DNA of 64,000 nt from Nocardiopsis listeri (GTDB lineage Bacteria > Actinomycetota > Actinomycetes > Streptosporangiales > Streptosporangiaceae), in assembly GCF_020741345.1 (NCBI RefSeq), contig NZ_DYZD01000060.1, positions 78 through 64,077 on the forward strand, written 5' to 3'. The notes under the pieces were generated by a model. That model did not search any database and was not told where the DNA came from. It worked only from the letters and a program-made list of their open reading frames with translations. A program made the translations under genes and the position numbers. Positions 54,180 to 62,480 of the stretch are shown here, one piece after another (positions within the stretch are counted from its first letter, which is position 1; each line of letters starts with the position of its first letter).

Positions 54180-56438
54180 ATGAGGTCGACCTGGCGACGC
54201 GTGGCCCTGGGCGCGGGTGCGGCCGGTGTCGCGACGTTGTGCACCGTCTCCGGCGCCGCGGTGCCCGAACACGCCACCGCGCTGAACACACCCCTCTCGG
54301 CGGCGCCGCTGGAGCGCCCCCCGAAGACCTCGCGGGACGGGTTCGCCGTCGAGGTGCTGTCCTCTCGGCCCGACACCGTCATGGGCGACACCGTGCTGGT
54401 TCGGGTGACGCCGCCCCGCCCCCACCAACCCCACCGGGTGCGGCTGGAAGCGGATGGCGAGGACGTCACCGAGGAGCTGGGGCGGGTGCATCTGCCCGGG
54501 GTGGGCCCGGTGTTGGAGGGGACGGTGTCCGACCTGTCCGAGGGGGCCAACTCCCTGGTGGCCTCCGTCGAGGCCACTGAGGAGGAGACGGCGCGGGACG
54601 GTGGCACCGCACCCGAGCCGGTGGAACTGACCGTGACCGCCCACCCGCTGTCGGGACCGGTGTTCTCCGGACCGCACCAGGAACCGTTCGTGTGCCGGAC
54701 CGAGGACTTCGCCCTGGCCTGGGGTGGGACGTTGGGCGCCGCCCTGGACGAGGACTGCTCGGCGACCACCCGCGTGGGATACGTGTACCGGTCCACCGAC
54801 GGGGAGTTCAAGGCGTTGCCGGAGCTGGACCGGTTGCCGTCCGACGTGGCCACCACGACCACCTCCACCGGGGCGGAGGTGCCCTACACGGTGCGGGTGG
54901 AGACGGGGACGGCCAATCGTTCCGTGTACGAGACGGCCATGCTGCACGATCCCCGCGACCCCGAACCCGACCCGTGGGCCTCCCCCGAGGGCTGGAACCG
55001 GCGCCTGGTGTACAAGTTCGGCGGCGGCTGTCCCGGGGGTTGGTACACACAGGGCGACCACACCGCCGGGGTGGTGGACCACGGCATGCTCTCCCGGGGG
55101 TACGCGGTGGCCTCGGCGTCCTTGAACGTGTTCGGCAACAACTGCAACGATCTCCTCGCCGCCGAGACCATGGCGGCCACCAAGGAGCGCTTCGTCCTCG
55201 CCTACGGGTCCCCCGACCACACCCTGGGTTGGGGATCCTCCGGGGGTTCGTACCAGGCCCACCAGATCGCCGACAACCAGCCCGGTCTGTTGGACGGGAT
55301 CCTGGTCTCGCAGAGCTATCCGGACGTGGGTTTTGCGACCACTCCGGCGGCGACCGACGCCCTGTTGCTGCGTTCCTACGCCGAGAGGCATCCCGAGGCG
55401 CTCACCGCCGAGCAGGTGGGCGCGGTCTCCGGGTTCGGTGGCCCGGAGGGTGTGGAGGCGATGGCCGGGGCCGCGTCCCGGATCGATCCACGGGGTGTGT
55501 GCCCGGACGCGCTGCCCGAGTCCGAGCGCTACCACCCCGAGGGCGAACCCGACGGGGCACGCTGCGACCTGTACTCGCACACCGTGAACGTCTACGGGAC
55601 CGGCCCCGGCACCGGACCACCCCGGCGGCCGTTGGACAACGTCGGCGTCCAGTACGGCCTGTCGGCGCTGATGGCCGGGGACATCGACGTGGACGCCTTC
55701 CTACACCTGAACGAGCACATCGGGGGGCTCGACCCGGACGGACGGGTGGTGACCGAACGTACCGAGGGCGACCCGGAGGCCATCGCGGCGGCCTACGACA
55801 GCGGCCGGTTGTTGTACGGGGGCGGCGGGCTGGCCGACATCCCCGTGGTGGACCACCGTCCCTACCAGGACGACGCACCGGGCGGCGACATCCACATGCG
55901 CTACCACTCCTTCTCCACCCGGGAACGGTTGGTCCAGGCCAACGGCACCGACGCCAACCACGTGATGCTGGTCGAGCCGCACCGGGCGGGGGTCTTCGAC
56001 TCGCAAAGCCCGGTCGCCGGGCGCGCCCTGGTGGAACTGGACTCCTGGGTGAGCTCGGCCGCCCACGACGCGCGGGTGCGCCCGCGCTCCACCGCCATCG
56101 AGCGGGTGGAGCGGACCCGTCCGGAGTGGCTGACCGATTCCTGTTGGATCGAGGGAGAACGTGTGGTCTCACCTCAACTGCCCCTACCCGCCGGCCAGGG
56201 CGACCGGTGCGCGGACGCGTTCCCCGTGCACGGTTCGCCTCGGACGGTGGCGGGCGGCCCTCTCGCTTCGGACGTGGTCAAGTGCCGGCTCACCCCTTTC
56301 GACGAGGGCGGGCATCCGGCGGAGTTCGACGCCGAGCAGGCCGAGCGTGCCGGGGAGGTCTTCGCGGCGGGGGTGTGCGACTGGTCGGTTCCGGGGGTGG
56401 ATCAGCGACCGCCGAAGGGGCCCTGGCAGTTCTTCTGA
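54180..56438 (+). CDS. Secreted DUF6351-like protein (tannase-like alpha/beta hydrolase, 752 aa)
   Basis: Signal peptide MRSTWRRVALGAGAAGV...; EVLSSRPDTV, HPLSGPVFSGPHQEPF, WNRRLVYKFGGGC, GSSGGSYQ (nucleophile elbow), DNVGVQYGL, DIHMRYHSF. Confidence 0.75.
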   Translation: MRSTWRRVALGAGAAGVATLCTVSGAAVPEHATALNTPLSAAPLERPPKTSRDGFAVEVLSSRPDTVMGDTVLVRVTPPRPHQPHRVRLEADGEDVTEELGRVHLPGVGPVLEGTVSDLSEGANSLVASVEATEEETARDGGTAPEPVELTVTAHPLSGPVFSGPHQEPFVCRTEDFALAWGGTLGAALDEDCSATTRVGYVYRSTDGEFKALPELDRLPSDVATTTTSTGAEVPYTVRVETGTANRSVYETAMLHDPRDPEPDPWASPEGWNRRLVYKFGGGCPGGWYTQGDHTAGVVDHGMLSRGYAVASASLNVFGNNCNDLLAAETMAATKERFVLAYGSPDHTLGWGSSGGSYQAHQIADNQPGLLDGILVSQSYPDVGFATTPAATDALLLRSYAERHPEALTAEQVGAVSGFGGPEGVEAMAGAASRIDPRGVCPDALPESERYHPEGEPDGARCDLYSHTVNVYGTGPGTGPPRRPLDNVGVQYGLSALMAGDIDVDAFLHLNEHIGGLDPDGRVVTERTEGDPEAIAAAYDSGRLLYGGGGLADIPVVDHRPYQDDAPGGDIHMRYHSFSTRERLVQANGTDANHVMLVEPHRAGVFDSQSPVAGRALVELDSWVSSAAHDARVRPRSTAIERVERTRPEWLTDSCWIEGERVVSPQLPLPAGQGDRCADAFPVHGSPRTVAGGPLASDVVKCRLTPFDEGGHPAEFDAEQAERAGEVFAAGVCDWSVPGVDQRPPKGPWQFF

Positions 56439-56537
56439 GCGTGACCACGACCGTGACCTGGGCCGGGGCAACCGGCCGGGGCTTGGGCGCGTCCTAGCCG
56501 GTGTATCGCTCCCTTCCCTTCTGTCCCCGGAGCCCCC

Positions 56538-57308
56538 TTGTCCGACATCCCCCGGGCCGTGATCCCGTTCGTGCTCGACCGTGTCGCCGCCGAGGCGGCC
56601 CTGTCCCGTTGGGTCGAAGGGCTGTGGTTCGTGCCCCGCGGGATCCGGCGTCCGGGCGCCTTCGAGAACCTGCGCCCGGTGTTCGTTCCCTACCGGGTGT
56701 TCGAGGCCGACACCGTCTCCCACTACGAGGGGTGGCACGGAGAGCACCACTGGGTGGAGCGGGGCGTCCATGACGCCGACGGACGACCGGACCTGACCGG
56801 TTCGCACGAGACGCGGGAGACCTCCTGGCGTCGAGTACGGGGCACGTTGGAACGCCACTACGGTGACGTGGTGGTGTGCGCGGCCACTCGACCCGAGGGG
56901 GCCGACAGGCTGGACTCCTGGCTGTTGAACAAGGTCGTGGCCCACACACCCGAGGCGGTCCAGGGGGTCGAGGTCGCCGCGGTGGACGCCTCCGCAGAGG
57001 CCGGGTGGGAGCGGGCCGAACAGGTGATGCGCCGGTCCATCGAGTGGGCGTGCGCCGAGGAGATCGGCGGGGACGAACAGCGGGTGGAGACGGTGGAGAC
57101 CACACTGTCGAACCCGGTCCACACCCTGGCCTTGATGCCGGTCTGGGCGGCCTCCTACCGGTTCCGGGGCCGGGAGTGGCCGGTGGTGGTGAACGGACGC
57201 ACCGGGCGCGTGGAGGGCCAGCACCCCTACAGCAGGGTCAGGCTCGCGGCGGCCTTCGCGGGGCTGGTCGCGCTGGCGGAGCTGACCAGACAGGTGTTCT
57301 TCGGCTGA
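56538..57308 (+). CDS. Conserved hypothetical protein, possibly N-terminally truncated (family often mis-annotated as PriA/TFIIB Zn-ribbon protein)
   Basis: VIPF..D...A...L.RW...LWF.P, FVPY, IGGDEQR, LMPVWAASY, VVNGRTGRVEG..PYS, C-terminal TM helix. No N-terminal CxxC ribbons; only a weak TTG start. Confidence 0.65.
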   Translation: MSDIPRAVIPFVLDRVAAEAALSRWVEGLWFVPRGIRRPGAFENLRPVFVPYRVFEADTVSHYEGWHGEHHWVERGVHDADGRPDLTGSHETRETSWRRVRGTLERHYGDVVVCAATRPEGADRLDSWLLNKVVAHTPEAVQGVEVAAVDASAEAGWERAEQVMRRSIEWACAEEIGGDEQRVETVETTLSNPVHTLALMPVWAASYRFRGREWPVVVNGRTGRVEGQHPYSRVRLAAAFAGLVALAELTRQVFFG

Positions 57309-57338
57309 GGCACGGGACCGGACGGATGACCGTGGAGG

Positions 57339-57893
57339 TCAGTCCGCGGGGCGATGCAGGACGAAGATGCCACCGTAGGCGGGCTGGTCGAGGCGCTCGT
57401 CGTCGGTGGCCACGTACTCGTCCAGGACGGCCACGATGCGCCGGTCCAGTTCCTGGATCTGGTCGTCGCTCAGGTGTAGGACGAAGCGGGCGTAGGTGCG
57501 CAGCGACTCGGGTCCGGCCTGGGCGAGTTCCTCCTGAAACGCCTGAACCGGTGCGCCGCGCACGACGGGTTCCTCCTGCGCGAGCGGACCGTCCAGCCAC
57601 CAGGTCACGGCGGTGGCCCGGTAGGGCTTCTCCAGGGCGCCCCCGCTGCCGGTGCGGACCGGAGCCGCCACCAGGAGTCCCGCCTCCACCAGCCGCCGGA
57701 CGTGGTAGAGGACCGTGCCGGGTGAGGTCTCCAAGCGGTCGGCGAGCTCCTTGTTGGTGAGTTCGCGCAATCGGCACTCGCGGAGGATGCGCAGGCGCAG
57801 GGGATGCCCGAGGGCCTTGGCCTCCTGAGCGGTGGCGGGGCGGCGCTTCCCGGGCTCGGATGCGGGGGGCGGGGTCGGCTCCGACTCACTCAT
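57339..57893 (-). CDS. ArsR-family winged-helix regulator
   Basis: KALGHPLRLRIL, LTNKELADRLETSPGTVLYHVRRLVEAGLL, EKPYRAT. Confidence 0.88.
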   Translation of the reverse strand: MSESEPTPPPASEPGKRRPATAQEAKALGHPLRLRILRECRLRELTNKELADRLETSPGTVLYHVRRLVEAGLLVAAPVRTGSGGALEKPYRATAVTWWLDGPLAQEEPVVRGAPVQAFQEELAQAGPESLRTYARFVLHLSDDQIQELDRRIVAVLDEYVATDDERLDQPAYGGIFVLHRPAD

Positions 57894-57910
57894 GTGGACA
57901 ACGCTAGTGG

Positions 57911-57952
57911 ATCGATAGACTCAAGCCAATCGATTGAGTTTGATCAATCGAT
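57911..57952. promoter_or_regulatory. Operator array in ArsR/MFS divergent region
   Basis: ATCGAT at 57911, 57929, 57947 (exact 18-bp period); perfect ATCGATTGA-N6-TCAATCGAT at 57929-57952. Confidence 0.7.
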
Positions 57953-57968
57953 CTGTCATCGTCGATTC

Positions 57969-59264
57969 ATGGCCGAGAACGACGGGAACACGCCCTCCAC
58001 CCCTCCGTCCGGCACCACCGCACCCGCCCCCGGACCACTGGGCGGCCCCTTCTGGCGTCTGTGGACCTCCTCGGGACTGTCCAACCTCGCCGACGGCGCA
58101 CTCAAGGCCGCCCTGCCCCTGGTGGCCCTGCGCCTGACCGACTCCCCCGTGCTCATCGCCGGTGTGGCCACCGCGTCGACCCTGCCCTGGCTGCTGTGCG
58201 CCCTGCCCGCCGGCGCGCTGGCCGACCGGTTCGATCGTCGCCTGGCCATGGTCGGCGCCAACGTCGTGCGCGTCATCCTGCTGCTGGTCCTGGCGCTCTG
58301 TCTGACCCTGGGGTTCGGTTCGATCTGGCTGCTGTACGCGGTCGCCTTCGCCATCGGCGTCACCGAGACCCTCTACGACACCTCCGCCCAGTCGATCCTC
58401 CCGCAGGTCGTACCTCGCAGCAGTCTGTCACGGGCCAACGGCCGCCTGTACGCGGCCGAACTGACCGGACAGGAGTTCATCGGCCCACCACTCGGCAGCG
58501 CCCTGGTGGCGGCAGGTGTCGCCCTGGCCTTCCTCACTCCGGCAGGACTGTGGGCCGCCGCCGTGGGGATGCTGTTGCTGGTCAAGGGCCGTTTCCGGGT
58601 GAAGAGGACCGGGCCGTCCACCACCCTGCGCTCCGAGATCGCCGAGGGGGTGCGGTTCCTGTGGGCCAACCGGCTGCTGCGCCGGTTCGCGCTCATGGTC
58701 GGGGCGGCCAACTTCGCCTCCCAGGCGGCCTTCTCGGTGTTCGTGCTCTACGCGGTGGGCGCCGGTTCGTACCTGGGTCTGCACGAGGCCGCCTTCGGCC
58801 TGCTGCTGATCTCGACCGCGGTGGGCAGCCTGATCGGATCCTTCCTGGTCGAGCGGATCGAACGGTGGTGTGGTCGCACCCGGGCCCTGCGCGTCTCCGT
58901 GATCGGGTTCGCCCTGCTGGTGGGGGTCCCCGGGCTGAGCACGAACCTGTGGGTGGTGACGGTGGGCCTGGGCGCGGGCGGGGCCGCCATCATGGTCTGG
59001 AACGTGATCGTGGTGTCGCTGCGCCAGCGCCTGACCCCCGACCGCCTGCTGGGCCGGGTGAACAGCGTTTTCCGTCTGCTGGCCTGGGGGACCATGCCGC
59101 TGGGCGCGATCACGGGCGGGGTGTTGGCCTCCCTCATCGGGCTCAGGCCGATGTACCTGCTGCTCGGCGGATCGATGTTGCTGATGTTGCTGCCGTTGAT
59201 CCGCCTGAGCGACGCGCGGTTCGACGCCGCCGAAGCGGAGGTCGTCGACCGGGAGGCCCGCTGA
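57969..59264 (+). CDS. MFS exporter (DHA3/EntS-like, 431 aa)
   Basis: FWRLWTSSGLSNLADG, PWLL..LPAGALADRFDRR, LSRANGRL, LRQRLTPDRLLGRVNS. Confidence 0.9.
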   Translation: MAENDGNTPSTPPSGTTAPAPGPLGGPFWRLWTSSGLSNLADGALKAALPLVALRLTDSPVLIAGVATASTLPWLLCALPAGALADRFDRRLAMVGANVVRVILLLVLALCLTLGFGSIWLLYAVAFAIGVTETLYDTSAQSILPQVVPRSSLSRANGRLYAAELTGQEFIGPPLGSALVAAGVALAFLTPAGLWAAAVGMLLLVKGRFRVKRTGPSTTLRSEIAEGVRFLWANRLLRRFALMVGAANFASQAAFSVFVLYAVGAGSYLGLHEAAFGLLLISTAVGSLIGSFLVERIERWCGRTRALRVSVIGFALLVGVPGLSTNLWVVTVGLGAGGAAIMVWNVIVVSLRQRLTPDRLLGRVNSVFRLLAWGTMPLGAITGGVLASLIGLRPMYLLLGGSMLLMLLPLIRLSDARFDAAEAEVVDREAR

Positions 59265-59307
59265 ATCCGATGGACCCGCGCTCGCCCTCACCGCCAGGAT
59301 GGGGCGC

Positions 59308-60108
59308 ATGAGTTCCACCGAACCCGCTCCGGACGACGTCGAGGTGCTCGAGGGCGGCAACGTGGCCGAGAGCGTGCTGCGTGTGGGCGCCACGGTGCGC
59401 AAACCGTGGTCGCCCTCCTCCCCCGCCGTCACCGCACTCCTGCGTCACCTGAACCGGCACGGCTATCCGGCCGCACCCGTCGCGCACGGGCGCCACCCCG
59501 AGGGTTCCCAGTGCCTGGAGTACGTGCCCGGCACCCTGGCCGACCGGATGGCGCCGATGTCCACGGCCGGGTTGCGGAGGGTGGGTGCGCTGATCCGACG
59601 CCTGCACGACCTCACCGCCGACTTCCGGCCACCGAGAGAACCCGTGTGGGGGTCGGTCTTCCCAGCGGAGGAGGGCGAGGTGATCTGCCACTACGACCTG
59701 GCCCCGTGGAACCTGGTCGTGTGCGACGAGGCCGCGCAGGGACCGGAGCCGCGCTGGTGCTTCATCGACTGGGACGGTGCCGCCCCGGGCACGCGGATGG
59801 GCGATCTGGGCTACGCGGCGCACGGGTTCGCGCCCCTGCACCCGGGAGGCGACCCCGACACCGACGGCCGGCGCCTGCTGGCGCTGGCAGACGGATACGG
59901 CTGCGACCCCGAACAGCGTGCACGGCTGCCCCGGGCGGCGCTGCACCGGGTGCGCGGCATGTTCGAACTGTTGGAGGAGGGCGCGCGGAGCGGCACGCAG
60001 CCCTGGGCACGGTTGCACGCCGAGGGCCACGCCGACCACTGGGGCCCGGCCGCCGACCACATCGAACGTCACGCGGACCTGTGGGCGCGGATGCTCACCG
60101 CGTCCTGA
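59308..60108 (+). CDS. Aminoglycoside-phosphotransferase-like kinase
   Basis: LEGGN...VLRVGATVRKP, LLRHL, CHYDLAPWN (catalytic loop), FIDWD. Alternative start 59299. Confidence 0.82.
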   Translation: MSSTEPAPDDVEVLEGGNVAESVLRVGATVRKPWSPSSPAVTALLRHLNRHGYPAAPVAHGRHPEGSQCLEYVPGTLADRMAPMSTAGLRRVGALIRRLHDLTADFRPPREPVWGSVFPAEEGEVICHYDLAPWNLVVCDEAAQGPEPRWCFIDWDGAAPGTRMGDLGYAAHGFAPLHPGGDPDTDGRRLLALADGYGCDPEQRARLPRAALHRVRGMFELLEEGARSGTQPWARLHAEGHADHWGPAADHIERHADLWARMLTAS

Positions 60109-60817
60109 CCGCCTCTCGGTCGGGGCGGGTCCAGACGAAGGCGGCCGAGATGGGGTGACCGCGGAACCTCTCCCACTTGGGCTTGGCCGCCACCCAGTCG
60201 TCGTCCACCACGGCCTCCTCCAGCGCCGCCAGTCGCCATCCGGCGGCCAGGGCTGCGCGCACGTGGTCGCCGATGTGGTGGACGTGCGTGGTGATGGCGA
60301 CGTCCTCACCGGAGGCGTCGGTGAAGTGGGTGGGCATTCCGGAGACCATCATGAACTGCGGATGGTAGGCGACCAGGACGAAGTGCCCTCCGGGTCGGGT
60401 GAGCCGCCACGCCTCGGCGTAGAGCGGTTCGAGCCCGGGCAGGTGCTCGTCGATGAGCGAGGCGATGGCCAGGTCGTAGGAGCCACCGGGTAGTCCACTG
60501 GCCCGCACGTCGCCTCGGGTCAGGGTGGTGTGGGCGCCGCGCTTCTCGGCCAGCGCGAGCATTCCGGCGCTCAGGTCCACACCGTCCACGTGCGAGACCC
60601 CGCGTTCTCGGAGCCAGGCGCCGGTGCGCCCGGTTCCACATCCCAGGTCGACGGCGCGGTCGACCGTGGCCCGGTCGGGGACGGTGAGCCCGTCGAGCAG
60701 GTCCAGATCCATCGCGTCCAGGACGGAGTCCTCGTAGGTGGTGGACCAGCCGTCGTAGCCGGTGGCCACGTCCACGATGCGGTAGTGGCGGGTGTCGAAG
60801 GTGGAGAAGTCGGCCAT
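60095..60817 (-). CDS. Class I SAM-dependent methyltransferase
   Basis: VDLGCGTG, GVDLSAGML, GDV, YDLAIASLIDEH, LTRPGG. Confidence 0.9.
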   Translation of the reverse strand: MADFSTFDTRHYRIVDVATGYDGWSTTYEDSVLDAMDLDLLDGLTVPDRATVDRAVDLGCGTGRTGAWLRERGVSHVDGVDLSAGMLALAEKRGAHTTLTRGDVRASGLPGGSYDLAIASLIDEHLPGLEPLYAEAWRLTRPGGHFVLVAYHPQFMMVSGMPTHFTDASGEDVAITTHVHHIGDHVRAALAAGWRLAALEEAVVDDDWVAAKPKWERFRGHPISAAFVWTRPDREAVRTR

Positions 60818-61262
60818 GGCGACGAGTATCCCGTGTTCGGGGCGGGTACGGCCACCCGTTTTCCGGAGTATGGCCCTTGCGGAAAATGCGTTGCCCGCGC
60901 GGATGGCCCTCCCCTACCGTGGGCGTCATGGCAGCATTCCACGCGATCTTCCAGGGTCCGCAGGCCTGGCCCGCGGACGCCTGCGCACGACTCCGGTCCG
61001 CTCAGCCGGCCCCGTAGCCGAACCCCTCTGAGCGCACCGCCGTTCCCGCGTCCTCATCGGCGCGACGTCGGCGGTGCCGGGTTCGTCCTTCGTCGCACCC
61101 GCGTCTTCGCCGGTCCGGTCTCAGCCGACGCCCCTTTTCCCTTTCGGGCGGTCGGCCGGCGGACCCTGTCCCTTTTCTGACGCGCCCTGGCCGGGCGTGG
61201 GTCCCGTCGTGCCGTTCGCGCCCTCATCGGCCACCCCCGGTGGCGGAACGGACCACGCACGC

Positions 61263-61427
61263 ATGGCACGCGCCAGGAACAACGACCGTCGACGTCTGTC
61301 CCAGAACTTCCTCGCCGATCCGGCGACCGCCCGTTGGGTGGTGCGCACCGCGCGAGTGGGACCCGAGGACGTCTCGGCCTTGGGATCCGTCCCGATCGAC
61401 GTGAACCGAACCGGGGGCGTCCCGTGA
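61263..61427 (+). pseudogene. erm: 5' remnant of Erm-type 23S rRNA adenine-N6 methyltransferase
   Basis: MARARNNDRRRLSQNFLADPATARWVVRTARVGPED matches the Erm N-terminus (LSQNFL). Similarity ends at about 61372, just before the expected LEVGxGxG SAM motif, followed by a stop. Confidence 0.75.
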
Positions 61428-61562
61428 ACGGCCGGGGCTCCCCCTCACAGCGGTCGGTCGGGCCACGTCGGTGACGGCGGCGAAGACCACGAGTGGGGGC
61501 GCGGGTGGCACCGGCGTGAAAACCCGTTGTCGGGAGAGTCTTGGCTCCGATAGACCGGCGCC

Positions 61563-62480
61563 ATGGATCTGACACGCGTACCCCCTCTCCTGGACCTCGA
61601 CACCGCCCGCGCCACCCTCGCGCGAAGGCTGTCCACCCTGCACGAACGCACCTTCGACCTTCCCGAGGACGCGGTGGTCGAGTCGGTCCCGGCCCGAGAG
61701 GGAGCGTGTGAGGGCACGTGGATCAGCACGAGTGACGCCCCCGCTCGGGCCGGAGCGATCCTGTACCTGCACGGCGGCGGGTTCCACCACCGCATGCCCG
61801 ACCTGATGAACCTGTTCGCCTCGCACGTGTCCCGGGCCACCGGCCTGCCGGTGTTCGTGGCGCACTACCGCCTGGCGCCCGCGCACACCTTCCCCGCGCC
61901 CCTGCACGACGCGGTCGCCGCCTACCGCTGCCTGCTGGACCAGGGGGTGCCCGCGGGACGGGTGGTGGTGCTCAGCGAGTCGTCCGGGGGCACCCTGGCC
62001 CTGTCGATGCTGCTCGAACTGAAGGCCGCGGGTGTGTCTTTGCCGGCCTCGGTGATCTCCTATTCCCCGCCCACCGACCTGACCCTGTCCAGCCCGTCGG
62101 TGGACACCAACACCGCGCACGACCCGGGCGTGGATCGCGAGATGCTCACCGCGCTGATCGGCGGTTACCTGGACGGCGCACGCCCCGACCAGGCCCCGCA
62201 GTCCCCCCTGTTCGGCGACCTGACCGGGCTGCCGCCCCTGCTGTTGGCCGTGGGTGAGGACGAGGCCCTGCTGGACGACACCCTGCGTCTGGCCAAGGCC
62301 GCCGACGAAGCCGGCGGCCCGGTGACCGTGCGGGTGTACGAGGCCATGTCGCACGCCTTCCAGGCCGCCGTCATCGACCGGACCGAGGACCCCACCGGGC
62401 AGATGGTGTTGGAGCACCTGGCCGAGTGGGTGCGGGCCTCGCTACCGCGAACGGTCGGAACGGGCGGGTCGGACACGTAG
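61563..62480 (+). CDS. Alpha/beta hydrolase, HSL family esterase
   Basis: LYLHGGGF, HYRLAP, SESSGG nucleophile elbow, LPPLLLAVGEDEALLDD, AMSHAF. Confidence 0.87.
   Translation: MDLTRVPPLLDLDTARATLARRLSTLHERTFDLPEDAVVESVPAREGACEGTWISTSDAPARAGAILYLHGGGFHHRMPDLMNLFASHVSRATGLPVFVAHYRLAPAHTFPAPLHDAVAAYRCLLDQGVPAGRVVVLSESSGGTLALSMLLELKAAGVSLPASVISYSPPTDLTLSSPSVDTNTAHDPGVDREMLTALIGGYLDGARPDQAPQSPLFGDLTGLPPLLLAVGEDEALLDDTLRLAKAADEAGGPVTVRVYEAMSHAFQAAVIDRTEDPTGQMVLEHLAEWVRASLPRTVGTGGSDT

Noticed and set aside
62442-62480. 39-bp 3' overlap of treZ and the esterase
   Set aside because: Short convergent overlaps are common in GC-rich genomes, and both tails are low-complexity.
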